Source: Acinetobacter phage Acba_15. Taken from it: a DNA stretch of 60,424 nt. The notes beneath the pieces were generated by a model that was given only the letters and a program-made list of their open reading frames with translations, did not search any database and was not told the DNA's origin. This document shows positions 44,201 through 53,825 of this stretch, piece by piece. The stretch is taken from sequence record OQ101257.1; one strand, given 5' to 3'. The number at the start of each line of letters is the position of its first letter. The first letter of the stretch is position 1. The position numbers and the translations under genes are program-made.

Positions 44201-47200
44201 GCTGATGAAACTGATGCACGCACAGCGGCAATTTCTAAACTGAATGATGGTCTCACCACAGAAACGTCTCAGCGCAAGTCAGAAGATGCTGCACTGTTAA
44301 ACAATATTGAGACTTATAAGTCGAGCACCAATGGCACTTTGTCTAGTCTGCAAACGCAAATTAATACCAACGCGACAAATACAAGTGCAAATACATCAAA
44401 AATTTCTTCGCTTGACTCTCGTTTAACCACAAACGAAGGCAAAACCGCAGATGCGATTAATGCAGCGGCAACAGCTCAACAAACTGCCAATACCGCCGTT
44501 ACTAATGCGGCAGCAGCAGCTTCGGCAGTTACCTCACTAAAATCAGAGTTGAGTACAGGCAAAGGCATCAACAATATCATTGCGCCTTTTTCTGATCCGC
44601 AAGAACTATCACCTTACATTATCGGTGCGTCGAGAACCGTTGCCTTAGTAAAATCACCAATGCGTATTAAGGGTAATGCTTATGACGTTACATTTAATGC
44701 GGTGGCTGGCAGTATTTATTTTGGTTCCTCGTCACTAGCAACAGTCAATACTGCGGCGGCAGGTGTTGTCAGTGGCGGAAAGCGTTACATGCTAAGCGCT
44801 TATTTAAAGAACCTCGATGCCACTAAACAGGCAGATGTTTACTTTACATTGCATTGGTTTAAACGTGCAGCAAACGGCACTTTCACGGCTTCTCAAAGTG
44901 TTTTATTAAATCAGGCAACTAACAACACACGAGTAACACCTTCAAACGACGGCGGTACAATTAGCTGTAAAGCTGTAGCAGCACCACCAGATGCAGTTGC
45001 CTTTGCGGTTATCTGTTCTGGCAACGGCGTTTATAACGTCGCTGGTTCACGCATTCTCATTGACATGTTAATGCTTGAAGAGGTCGTTGGTGTCGATGTA
45101 CCTGCTTCAACATGGACAGCAGGACCAACTGATTTAAGTGCTATTAAATCCGCTCTTGATGCCAATGCTTCTGCTATTAGCAAAATCGATACCCGTGTAA
45201 CAAATGCCGAAGGCACCATTACAAGCCAAGGCAATTCAATTACTCAATTGAATAACAGCGTTACGTCAATCAATGGCGAACTTACGAAGAAAGCTGATGC
45301 TACGGCTTTAAATGCCTTAACCAACCGAGTATCGACAGCAGAAGGCACAATTACAAGTCAAGGCAATTCAATTACGTCTTTACGTAATGATTTAAACGCA
45401 ACCAATGACAAGGTTTCGTCAAAAGCGGACTCAAGTGCATTAAATTCCTTAGATTCTAAGGTTACAAGCATTGATGGAAGAGTAACTAGCAATACGAGTG
45501 CTGTGACCTCATTGCAAGGTCGTGTTTCAACCGTCGAGGGTGGACTTTCATCGAAAGCAGATGCCTCGGCATTAAACAATTACTACACCAAAACAGAGGC
45601 GGATTCTGCCGCTTCTGGCGCAATCGATAAGTTCAACAGTCAATTGACGATCGGCGGAGTAAACGCTGTTGCGAACTCAGAGGCTCCACGTACTTCAACG
45701 GCAGCGACTAACAAAGAATACTTGCTGTACGAACGCAGCGCCGAATTAAAAACGTTCTATGACGAGAACCTTGAGAAGCCAATCACGATTTCGTTTGAAA
45801 TGAGCGTTCCTGTGGCTGGACCAGTTCAAGTTTATTCGTCAAATGGTTCTGCTCACCAATTCGTTACTTCCGTTAACGCGGTTATCGTCAATCAGTTTGC
45901 CAAATACTCAGTAACAGTTAGTCCAAAATCGCACACCGCAAGTACAACTGTTTCAACAATTGAGTTCTATGGAACGTATGGAACTGGTCGTATCCCGACG
46001 ATTCGTAAATTACAAATTGAAGCGGGCACAAAGGCTACCGCTTGGAGTCCAAGCCCTCGTGATACAAAGGCTGCAATTGACGCCAATGCTTCTGCAATTC
46101 AAACGACCCAAACAAAAGTTGACAATATCGATGGTCGGCTAACCACTGCTACAGATTCGATTACGTCACTAAATTCGCGCATGTCTACAGCCGAAGGGAA
46201 TATCAACAGCACAAATACTGCGGTTGGTGGACTTTCGACACGCATGGCAACCGCTGAGGGCAAGATCACCAATCAAAGTGATTCAATTGCATCGCTACAA
46301 AATAGCGTCACCTCAATCAATGGAACACTGGCAAACAAAGCCGATTCAAGCGCGGTCAATAACTTAACTAGCCGAGTGGAAACAGCCGAGGGCAAGATTT
46401 CAAGTCAAAGCGGGCAGATTACTTCGCTTAGCAATAGCCTTGATCTAACAAACAGCAACTTGAACGACGTAAATGTTCTGGCGCGACTGTTATCGCTTGG
46501 TAAGCCTCTACGCGAGGATCCAACTTTTAAAACTACCTCTTCGGGCGGTTTGTCTGCATACAATTTCCCTGCGGGAACCTCATGGATTAAGCAAGCCAAG
46601 TCAACAGACAACCCAACTGGCTCAACCCATGAAATGCTTATTAAGGCAACTCAAGCGTTGGGTGGTGGTTGGTATCCAACTGCTCCAACGCTCGTGCTTA
46701 CTGCTAATAAGACATTCTTAATTAAACAAATTATTAAGATGCCAGTAGGCACGAGATTGCTACCTGTAGGTAACACCACTGGTACGGGTGGTTATATCAG
46801 AATCTTGGGTAACGATCTTGGGACTGGCAAATTTGAAACGTACTACTCGGTCGTTCAGGGTGGATCTGACTTAAGCAGCTCTATTCAGGGTCATTTCCGT
46901 GTAATTGCTGGGACCAACCCGCCAGTACCAACCGTTGATAGTCCAGTTTTTGTAATCCTCGCTTCATACGAAGTGTTTGATGTTACGGCTGTAAATGACA
47001 CCATTCCAAAAGCGTATAGCGATGCTATTGCAGCCAATGCGAATGCTATTAACACGATCTCAAACGCCGTCAGCCAGCAAGGCAATACAATTGCTTCTCA
47101 CAGCAATTCGATTACCCAACTCAACAACAGCATTACTAGCATTAATGGCGCACTTTCGAATAAAGCGGACGCGAGTGCATTACAGTCATTGGATTCAAAA

Positions 47201-50200
47201 GTAACGCTAATCGATGGCAAAGTTACTTCAAATTCATCGGCCTTAACGGCTTTACAAAGCAGCTTTGAGGGAATTCCAAATCAAGGCGTGAATCTGCTCG
47301 GCCCTGAAATTTCCAACCCAATCGAAAAGCCAAATTGGATTTCAGGCCTTCCATTTGAAGTTATTCAATCACCAGATACGGTGAATGTGCGTGCGTTCCA
47401 ATTCACGATGACTGCTAACACCACTAGCGGCACTTACTTCAATATTGGCGGTGGTCAAGTGCCTCGCCAATGGTTAACTGAAGGCAAATATATCTTTAGT
47501 TTTGTTGCTAAAACAGTTGATGGTGCGCCACCCCACCCGATTGACTGGGTAATGTACAACGTTAGCACTACTCGCCAACGTTTCAATATTACAGCGACAT
47601 TAACTCGTTACAGTGCGGTATTCACCGTTCCTGCCGGCGGCGCGGCAGCATGTATGTTGTTGTACGGAAATCCTGCTGGCAAACCTGCTGGCCAAGTTAT
47701 CAATATCGAAAGAATGATGCTTGAACGCCAAGTCGGCAACAACACCACGCCTTCGACTTGGATTGCAGGGTCAGATCCAACTGGAATGATCATTTCCACT
47801 CAAGCAAAAGCGACTGACCTGTTCAATACAGCCACGAATCAAAATAATGCAACTGCGGGACGTGTTACTAGCCTCGAAAGTCGCATGACAACCACAGAAG
47901 GCAATTTAAGCAAAAAGGCTGATGCTTCTGCGCTTCAAAACCTCGACACGAAAGTTACGAATGTCGATGGCAAGGTAACGTCAAATACCAACGCTATCAC
48001 CTCGCTCAATTCCGCGTTAAGCAATGCCACATCAAGTATTTCAATGAATGCGGGTAATGCACAGGGCGATTGGACATTCTTTAATACGTCAGGCGAATAC
48101 TCAATTGTTGCACAAGCGGACGGACAAGCTGGTCGAGTTATTCAACTGGGTAACAACGCGGGCAATGACATTGTTTGGATGCATCCAAACAACTTCATTC
48201 CGTTTGACGCAACCAAAACATATCGCTTACGAGTGCGTTATCGCCGTCGTGCAGGCAATGGCACCATTTATGTCGGTGTCTCGCAGAAAACCCCAGACAA
48301 GGCACTATACGTAACAACAGCCAACGCATTATCGGGCGACATGGGATCTTCTAACTATGTCGTTAATGCCCACGCGCCTGCGATCGATGAATGGCAAGAA
48401 ATCGTTGCGTATATCAAAGGTCGATCAGCAGGAGCGGCATCAGGTTCAGGCTCAAAAACAAGCCCACGTACTGTTTCACAACAAGCAGGCTTCATCACGC
48501 CGATGTTTATTGCAAACTATTCGGCGCAAACGGGCATTGTTGAGCTTGATTACCTAATTCTGGAAGATGCAGAGGCAATTGTTGCCAATGATGCAAATGC
48601 ATCAGCGATTAGCGCTCTTGATACCAAAGTATCAGAAGTTGATGGACGCTTAACGACAGCAACAAATTCAATCACTTCGCTTAACTCTCGTATGAGTGCA
48701 GCAGAAGGGAATATCTCAGCGGCAAACTCGGCTCTAAGCGGGCTTTCGACAAGAATGACGGCTGCTGAAAATGGTTTAACAAATCAAAGCAACGCGATTA
48801 CTAATTTAAGTAACAGCTTGACGGTTACAACCAATACAGCCAACGCTGCATTGCCAAAGATTCAGGGCGGCACTGGCGCAGCTAAGTTATTTAGAGGCGT
48901 GCTGGTGTGGCAACAAAACGGCGCAAATCTAACTGGCAATATCGTAATCCAAACGCCAATTACGTTCACAAATAAAATGTTCCGACTTTCACTTACTGGC
49001 TATAACTACTTGGCCGCTAAGAATGAAATTAATCTGAACATTGGGGGTTATGCATATTCGGGCACCTCTCTACTTCAACATGGTGTAGTGAATTCGGGCA
49101 CCATGCCAATTCGAGTTCGCATGGGCGTCCGTAATGGCACAGTAGTCATTATTTTGACGTCCCAAGCGCCCGGTGCTTATTGGCAGTATCCAAAATTCAA
49201 CATTGATGCCGAAATCGGCTATACAACTCCGCCAGACGAATGGATGAATGGTTGGTCTGCAAGCTTCATGGCAGAGGCAGACCTCGCATCTAATGGCATT
49301 TCGGCGATCATTGAGCCGTCTTTATTAGACATTTCAACAACGCTTAATGCCACTGCATCTGCAATTAGCAATCTGACAAATACTGTGTCTCAACAGGGTA
49401 ATACAATTACTTCACAAAGTAATTCTATTACCACCTTAACCAACAAGATTACTAACAACGATTTATCGAATCTTGTTCTTAATCCTGATTTCGTAGACCC
49501 GAAAAGCGATTGGACATCTGGCGTAATTGTTGATGCGACTGACGCAGCACCTAACCCGCCTTCTCCAAAAGCATTAAGACTGAATAACCGCGATAGTTAT
49601 TACGGTCCTTTTGTCAAATGTAATGTTGGCGACATGTTCTACGTTTCGGCTTGGTTTGCAACGCCAAATACATCAGTAATCGCTTCTGCTGTACTTGGTT
49701 TCAATACTCGAAACAGTGCAGGTACTTATACTTGGTATAGTGTTGCCGTCAAGTCTACAGATAAAAATGCTTGGGGTATGGTGGAAGGTTATTTCACTGT
49801 GCCAAATGGCATGGTTGAAATTCGACCTTGGCTTCAAGTAAGTATTGCTGCGTCAGAGGCAGCGGGGCAGCAATGGCATGTTACGAACATTCAAGTACGT
49901 AACATTACAGGTAATAAGAAATTAGCAACCGACTTGCAAGCAACCTCGTCTGCATTAAGTACGCTTGATTCCAAAGTTGCAAACATTGACGGCCGTGTAA
50001 CTTCCGCATCTAACAATATTGTTTCGCTCAACAATAGCGTCACAAACATCAATGCCGCACTTTCTCAGAAAGCGGATGCGGCGGCATTGAATTCCCTTTC
50101 TAACCGTGTAACCACTGCCGAAGGGAATATCACTAGTCAGGGTAATTCAATTACCTCATTGACCAACTCGTTAGCTGTGAGCGGAAAGGCGGGCACAAAC

Positions 50201-51733
50201 CTTCTCATCAAGTCAAATCAAGTCGGTACATATGATGGTGTCTCTTATCCGCATCACACCTACAAACTCGGTGAAGATTGGGAAATTGGGGCTACCTATA
50301 CTTTAATTTGGTGCGCTGAACATAAACGAGGGACTGGTGATACAAACTCATCACTTGCTGTATACGCAGGTGGTGGCTCACAACATCTACAAGCCGTAGT
50401 AAATACGAATGGTAAGGTTGTCAGCAAAGTTACCTTTGTTAAAAACAGCGCAGTTGCCTCTGGCCCAATTATCCACTTCTACATGCTCAACCGTCCGACA
50501 GCCGACAAGGGTAGCGTTGGTACGGTTTATTGGGCAGTTCTTGTTAAAGGCGATGTACTCACTACGGACGCGTGGATTCCGAGCCCATATGATTACATCC
50601 CTGATAGCAATGCAAACGCTTCTGCTATCGCAAATCTCACTAATACAGTAAGTCAGCAAGGCAATACTATTACCTCAAATAGCAGCAGCATTACCTCGCT
50701 AAACAATAGCATCACCAATATTAACAGCACATTAGCAACAAAAGCAGATAGTTCTGCGCTTACAAACCTCGCAAGCCGCGTAACCGCAACAGAAGGTGCA
50801 ATTACATCCCACGGCTCAAGCATTACTTCACTGAATGCATCTGTGAATGGTTTATTAAAGGATGTTTCAGTATCCGATACGCGGTCAACAAATCAGCCGC
50901 CGTCATGGTACTGGTCAAACTATCCATTACGTATCGTTCGCGAGTTCAAACAAGCATCTGTGCTAGGTTTAACTGGCATGGGCACTTATGTCTCTCTTGA
51001 AACATACGTTTATTGGACTGACGCATCTGGTGGCCCAATTATTCAAATTGCACGCGGCACAGATTCGAAACTTACTGCTGAACGTCGTAGTGCGAGTACA
51101 GCGGCATGGAGTACATGGACACAAGATATAAAAGCAATAAGTGATGGGCTTGCAAATAAGGCTGAAGCATCCGCACTTTCATCACTTGACTCGAAAGTGT
51201 CGGTTATTGATGGGAAAGTTTCTACTCAGGCCTCAAGTATTACTACACTGCAAACTACAGTTGGTGGTAATACAGCCTCTATTCAATCTCAACAACAATC
51301 AATTGATGGCCTGAAAGCAAGAGCAACATTGAAGCTGCAATCCGGCAATTTGGTTGGTGGCGTTGGCATTGAGAATGACAGCAAAACAGTCGATTTCATC
51401 ATCCAAGCTAATAAGTTTGCAATTGGTGCGCCTTCAACTGTTTCCGGCTCTGTGACGCCTAAATATGCATTCGTCTATCAATCAACAGCAACAACTCTGC
51501 CGAATGGGACAGTGATTCCTGCTGGCTTGTACTTAGACAGCGCGTCTATTAGCTATATCAACGCCAACAAAATTTATGCAGATAGTTTAAGTGCTATTAG
51601 TGCAAATCTTGGTACCTTTACCTCATTGGCAGATCAATCAAAACCAAATGGTGCTAGGACTGTAATTAGTGGTGAGAGGATCGAAGTTTACGACGAAAAC
51701 AATGTTATGCGTGTACGGATTGGGAGATGGTAA
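41264..51733 (+). CDS. Giant 3489-aa tip/host-specificity protein, gpJ-like at the N-terminus, followed by about nine repeated stalk-plus-domain modules.
   Basis: The N-terminal 800 aa resemble gpJ. There follow an Ala/Thr/Asn-rich region and then repeated blocks of DANASAI...TSQGNSITSL...KADASAL...RV...EG, each followed by a domain of about 200 aa. Confidence 0.7.
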   Translation: MAIVKGAKKGKGEARKPVVAPDSAQSKTYIKILYGLGEGEIEGLANGNQSIFLEGTPLQDANGNLNYSNVKLDFRKGTNDQDYIEGFPSVESETAVDVELKSGAPWVRAFNNIDLDAVRIRLKWGPLRQQDSSTGDVSGITIEYAIDIQTDGGAWTEVLKTKISDKTSANYERAHRIDLPKADSGWLIRVRRITPNSTSEFVSDKMYVEAFTEVVDAKLRYPNTALLGLQYDAETFGNVAKLAVDLKGRLLLVPTNYNPQTRQYTGIWDGTFKRAYTNNPAWIYYDLCTNDRYGLGNRLTPFMIDKWSLYRLAQYCDQSVSDGLGGQEPRFTCNVYIQNAEDAFSILMKLAGVFRAIAFWDGTSIICDADIPQDTYFTYTRANVVGGVFEYSGTRARDRHNVVKVAWDNPANHYKTEYEFVRDENAIAESGQVRILELDAWGCTSRGQAQRAGHWALKSEQKETRTVSFKVGLDGHIPLPGRVIEIADELFAGRANGGRVSKISADLKSITIDRDDVIAKAGDRLVINGENGKAQTRIVQSISGRVITVTLPFDENSIAVQNVWVLDAQDLATMKFRVISISQEEKHQFSITALQYNPQKFDEIDNGAFFEDAPISIINPSIQEPVKDVLITTESRVDQGINITTMIVSWMQAKGAVKYLVEWRKDDGSWIRLPQTGNNSVEVPGVYSGQYQARVTAISAFEIASLPVTSSLTEITGKQGLPPKIAFIRATGILFGMKLDWGFPPTGAKDTAYTEIEVSPDGINNIAQLGLFAYPTTTTTIQGLQPNLRQFYRGRLIDRIGNVGPWSEWVNGTTTADPEAVLDLISGHINESDLAQELQGKIENSVDVSEAAQAAANNAQAVASSAQTAANNAQAVASEAKTAASSAQSAATTAQTQASSAQKIANDASVIATNAKNTADQAAEDASSAITAAAEAKTTATNANTTATNAQTTANNASSAASKVASDLTTSTNQLNKKIADETDARTAAISKLNDGLTTETSQRKSEDAALLNNIETYKSSTNGTLSSLQTQINTNATNTSANTSKISSLDSRLTTNEGKTADAINAAATAQQTANTAVTNAAAAASAVTSLKSELSTGKGINNIIAPFSDPQELSPYIIGASRTVALVKSPMRIKGNAYDVTFNAVAGSIYFGSSSLATVNTAAAGVVSGGKRYMLSAYLKNLDATKQADVYFTLHWFKRAANGTFTASQSVLLNQATNNTRVTPSNDGGTISCKAVAAPPDAVAFAVICSGNGVYNVAGSRILIDMLMLEEVVGVDVPASTWTAGPTDLSAIKSALDANASAISKIDTRVTNAEGTITSQGNSITQLNNSVTSINGELTKKADATALNALTNRVSTAEGTITSQGNSITSLRNDLNATNDKVSSKADSSALNSLDSKVTSIDGRVTSNTSAVTSLQGRVSTVEGGLSSKADASALNNYYTKTEADSAASGAIDKFNSQLTIGGVNAVANSEAPRTSTAATNKEYLLYERSAELKTFYDENLEKPITISFEMSVPVAGPVQVYSSNGSAHQFVTSVNAVIVNQFAKYSVTVSPKSHTASTTVSTIEFYGTYGTGRIPTIRKLQIEAGTKATAWSPSPRDTKAAIDANASAIQTTQTKVDNIDGRLTTATDSITSLNSRMSTAEGNINSTNTAVGGLSTRMATAEGKITNQSDSIASLQNSVTSINGTLANKADSSAVNNLTSRVETAEGKISSQSGQITSLSNSLDLTNSNLNDVNVLARLLSLGKPLREDPTFKTTSSGGLSAYNFPAGTSWIKQAKSTDNPTGSTHEMLIKATQALGGGWYPTAPTLVLTANKTFLIKQIIKMPVGTRLLPVGNTTGTGGYIRILGNDLGTGKFETYYSVVQGGSDLSSSIQGHFRVIAGTNPPVPTVDSPVFVILASYEVFDVTAVNDTIPKAYSDAIAANANAINTISNAVSQQGNTIASHSNSITQLNNSITSINGALSNKADASALQSLDSKVTLIDGKVTSNSSALTALQSSFEGIPNQGVNLLGPEISNPIEKPNWISGLPFEVIQSPDTVNVRAFQFTMTANTTSGTYFNIGGGQVPRQWLTEGKYIFSFVAKTVDGAPPHPIDWVMYNVSTTRQRFNITATLTRYSAVFTVPAGGAAACMLLYGNPAGKPAGQVINIERMMLERQVGNNTTPSTWIAGSDPTGMIISTQAKATDLFNTATNQNNATAGRVTSLESRMTTTEGNLSKKADASALQNLDTKVTNVDGKVTSNTNAITSLNSALSNATSSISMNAGNAQGDWTFFNTSGEYSIVAQADGQAGRVIQLGNNAGNDIVWMHPNNFIPFDATKTYRLRVRYRRRAGNGTIYVGVSQKTPDKALYVTTANALSGDMGSSNYVVNAHAPAIDEWQEIVAYIKGRSAGAASGSGSKTSPRTVSQQAGFITPMFIANYSAQTGIVELDYLILEDAEAIVANDANASAISALDTKVSEVDGRLTTATNSITSLNSRMSAAEGNISAANSALSGLSTRMTAAENGLTNQSNAITNLSNSLTVTTNTANAALPKIQGGTGAAKLFRGVLVWQQNGANLTGNIVIQTPITFTNKMFRLSLTGYNYLAAKNEINLNIGGYAYSGTSLLQHGVVNSGTMPIRVRMGVRNGTVVIILTSQAPGAYWQYPKFNIDAEIGYTTPPDEWMNGWSASFMAEADLASNGISAIIEPSLLDISTTLNATASAISNLTNTVSQQGNTITSQSNSITTLTNKITNNDLSNLVLNPDFVDPKSDWTSGVIVDATDAAPNPPSPKALRLNNRDSYYGPFVKCNVGDMFYVSAWFATPNTSVIASAVLGFNTRNSAGTYTWYSVAVKSTDKNAWGMVEGYFTVPNGMVEIRPWLQVSIAASEAAGQQWHVTNIQVRNITGNKKLATDLQATSSALSTLDSKVANIDGRVTSASNNIVSLNNSVTNINAALSQKADAAALNSLSNRVTTAEGNITSQGNSITSLTNSLAVSGKAGTNLLIKSNQVGTYDGVSYPHHTYKLGEDWEIGATYTLIWCAEHKRGTGDTNSSLAVYAGGGSQHLQAVVNTNGKVVSKVTFVKNSAVASGPIIHFYMLNRPTADKGSVGTVYWAVLVKGDVLTTDAWIPSPYDYIPDSNANASAIANLTNTVSQQGNTITSNSSSITSLNNSITNINSTLATKADSSALTNLASRVTATEGAITSHGSSITSLNASVNGLLKDVSVSDTRSTNQPPSWYWSNYPLRIVREFKQASVLGLTGMGTYVSLETYVYWTDASGGPIIQIARGTDSKLTAERRSASTAAWSTWTQDIKAISDGLANKAEASALSSLDSKVSVIDGKVSTQASSITTLQTTVGGNTASIQSQQQSIDGLKARATLKLQSGNLVGGVGIENDSKTVDFIIQANKFAIGAPSTVSGSVTPKYAFVYQSTATTLPNGTVIPAGLYLDSASISYINANKIYADSLSAISANLGTFTSLADQSKPNGARTVISGERIEVYDENNVMRVRIGRW

Positions 51734-52057
51734 ATGCCCACAGGAATGATAATAAATTCTGAATCAGGGGAAGTTGTTTTTGATGGAACTGTGAAGATCC
51801 CTAAAATACTAGGGAAGGTTCTAATCGAGAATGGACAAACTTCAGCAGTATTAAACCTTAACAAGCCACTTGATGGCACGATGTTTTTTATTCCAAAAGG
51901 ATTAGCAACTACAGTCGATCCAATCTATGCCCCTTTGGGAATTAACTATGAAGTAAGTCTTAGTTCTAACAAGCAGGTTGTAACGGTTAAATACATCGCG
52001 ACCAGTGAGCAGCCAAAAGCAGGGACTGATTTTGAAGTTTATATTGGTGAATATTGA
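51734..52057 (+). CDS. Hypothetical protein downstream of J.
   Basis: ORF with translational coupling to J. Confidence 0.3.
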   Translation: MPTGMIINSESGEVVFDGTVKIPKILGKVLIENGQTSAVLNLNKPLDGTMFFIPKGLATTVDPIYAPLGINYEVSLSSNKQVVTVKYIATSEQPKAGTDFEVYIGEY

Positions 52058-52782
52058 TGGATAACTATTTCTTAGTAAAGAATGACTTCATAAATGCTAT
52101 TGATGATGACTATTTCAATCTTGCATTTATTAGAAAACAACGTTTTAACTTCACATCTGAACCTGGGATTACCTATTACTATCGTACTTTTGAAGTAGAT
52201 ATAACAGGGATAGATTTTCCTGTTATTGCAATTAGTTGTGTTTGTCCTTCTGCTTATTTAAGTATGAAAGCCAATACGCTTTCTATTGTTTGCTCAGCAA
52301 GTAATTATGATGGTGTGGCTAATTCAGTTAGCAATTTAAATAATTCATCTAAGTATTTAGATGTGTTTGTTTTTGGTCGATTGCCTAGAAGCAGTATTCC
52401 AGAACATGGTATTGGTGTAGTCTGTTTAGATGCATCAAGTAAAGTAGTTTATTACAGTGGTGCAGAGTATTTGAAACCCATAAAAATGTTTATTGATCCC
52501 AATACTTATCGACCAATGTTTAATTCAAACTACAATACTCAGGTCGAGTATTTGCCGATTGGCAAGTCTTATGCATGTATTCCCTTAAATAGAGTAAATA
52601 CTGTTTATTCGGAGTGGACGCCTGAAGGTCAAGATGTCATAGCAATGTCATCAGTTTGTGCTATTGAGGGCAATACTATTACTTATACCTCAAATCAGGT
52701 GCAAGTCGCACAAGATATTAGTGCTGTTTACAATGGATATTGTAGACATATGTACATGTTAATCGATGTATCGAACTATTAA
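52054..52782 (+). CDS. Hypothetical protein, candidate fibre accessory or assembly protein.
   Basis: ORF only. Confidence 0.3.
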   Translation: MMDNYFLVKNDFINAIDDDYFNLAFIRKQRFNFTSEPGITYYYRTFEVDITGIDFPVIAISCVCPSAYLSMKANTLSIVCSASNYDGVANSVSNLNNSSKYLDVFVFGRLPRSSIPEHGIGVVCLDASSKVVYYSGAEYLKPIKMFIDPNTYRPMFNSNYNTQVEYLPIGKSYACIPLNRVNTVYSEWTPEGQDVIAMSSVCAIEGNTITYTSNQVQVAQDISAVYNGYCRHMYMLIDVSNY

Positions 52783-52799
52783 TAAACCTTTAATTATCA

Positions 52800-52823
52800 G
52801 CACCCAATTCGGGTGCTTTTTTA
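52800..52823 (+). terminator. Intrinsic terminator.
   Basis: Hairpin agcacccaattcgggtgct followed by tttttt. Confidence 0.55.
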
Positions 52824-52849
52824 ATGCCTAAAAATATCTGGAGAAATTT

Positions 52850-53239
52850 ATGGAACCAGTTTCCACTAGCGGTTTTACAGCACTTTTAAAATTATATGGG
52901 ATTGCAATCATGGTGACTTTAGCAGTCGGTTTGGTTGCAGCAGTTGTATTAATGACTCGTATGCCACGCTCACCACAAGAGTGGGCAGTTGGTTTGATCT
53001 GTACGGTTGTATCAAGTTTGGCTGGCGGCTCATTCATTATTGTGAAGTGGGGACTTCATGAATGGGTTACTGATGTATGGGGGATGATTGCTCTAGGTGG
53101 GTTCTTCTTTGTTTGTGGTTTACCCGGTTGGGCTTTAGTCCGTTGGATTTTTAATTTTATAGATAAACAGGAAGGTAAAACGATCGTTGAAGTGATCAAA
53201 GAGTTTAAGAATGCCAGAAAAGACATTGAAAACAGTTAA
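52850..53239 (+). CDS. Holin (probable), with three predicted transmembrane segments.
   Basis: Hydrophobic helices and a charged C-terminus, located immediately upstream of the endolysin. Confidence 0.5.
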   Translation: MEPVSTSGFTALLKLYGIAIMVTLAVGLVAAVVLMTRMPRSPQEWAVGLICTVVSSLAGGSFIIVKWGLHEWVTDVWGMIALGGFFFVCGLPGWALVRWIFNFIDKQEGKTIVEVIKEFKNARKDIENS

Positions 53240-53240
53240 T

Positions 53241-53262
53241 ACCGCCTTCGGGCGGTTTTTTT
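53241..53262 (+). terminator. Intrinsic terminator or attenuator.
   Basis: Hairpin ccgccttcgggcgg followed by ttttttt. Confidence 0.5.
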
Positions 53263-53281
53263 ATATCTGAAGGAAACCGAA

Positions 53282-53824
53282 ATGAATATTGAAAAATATC
53301 TTGATGAATTAATTAAGCGTGAAGGCGGGTATGTAAATAACCCAGCTGATCGGGGCGGTGCAACTAAATATGGCATCACACAAGCTGTTGCGCGTGAAAA
53401 TGGCTGGAATGGCAATATGAAAGATTTGCCGCTTGATGTGGCCAAAGCTATTTACAAGAAGCAATACTGGACAGCTCCGCGATTTGACCAAGTAAATACA
53501 ATCAGCTCAGCAGTGGCCGAAGAGCTTCTAGACACTGGTGTGAATTGCGGTACCGGCTTTGCAAAACCTCTTTTACAACGAGCTTTGAACTTACTAAACA
53601 ACCAAGGTAAAGCTGGATATGCAGATTTAGAGGTTGATGGTGTTTATGGATCTGAAACTCTTAGAGCTCTAAAAACATACTTGTCAAAACGTGGGAAAGA
53701 AGGTGAGAAGGTTCTGGTGCGAGTGCTCAATATTATGCAAGGGCAACGCTACATTGAAATCTGTGAGCGTAATCCAAAGCAGGAACAGTTTTTCTATGGC
53801 TGGATTGCTAACCGGATCGGCTAG
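53282..53824 (+). CDS. Endolysin, a GH108 lysozyme-like domain with a PG_binding_3 domain.
   Basis: N-terminal EGGYVNNPADRGGATKYGIT is the GH108 hallmark. Confidence 0.8.
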   Translation: MNIEKYLDELIKREGGYVNNPADRGGATKYGITQAVARENGWNGNMKDLPLDVAKAIYKKQYWTAPRFDQVNTISSAVAEELLDTGVNCGTGFAKPLLQRALNLLNNQGKAGYADLEVDGVYGSETLRALKTYLSKRGKEGEKVLVRVLNIMQGQRYIEICERNPKQEQFFYGWIANRIG

Positions 53825-53825
53825 C

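Noticed and set aside
41785-50659. Numerous 60-110-aa ORFs on either strand inside the J-like gene (for example 41785, 42610, 43653, 45358, 46473, 48048, 50387).
   Set aside because: All lie within and out of frame of, or antisense to, the continuous 3489-aa ORF. They have no independent signals.
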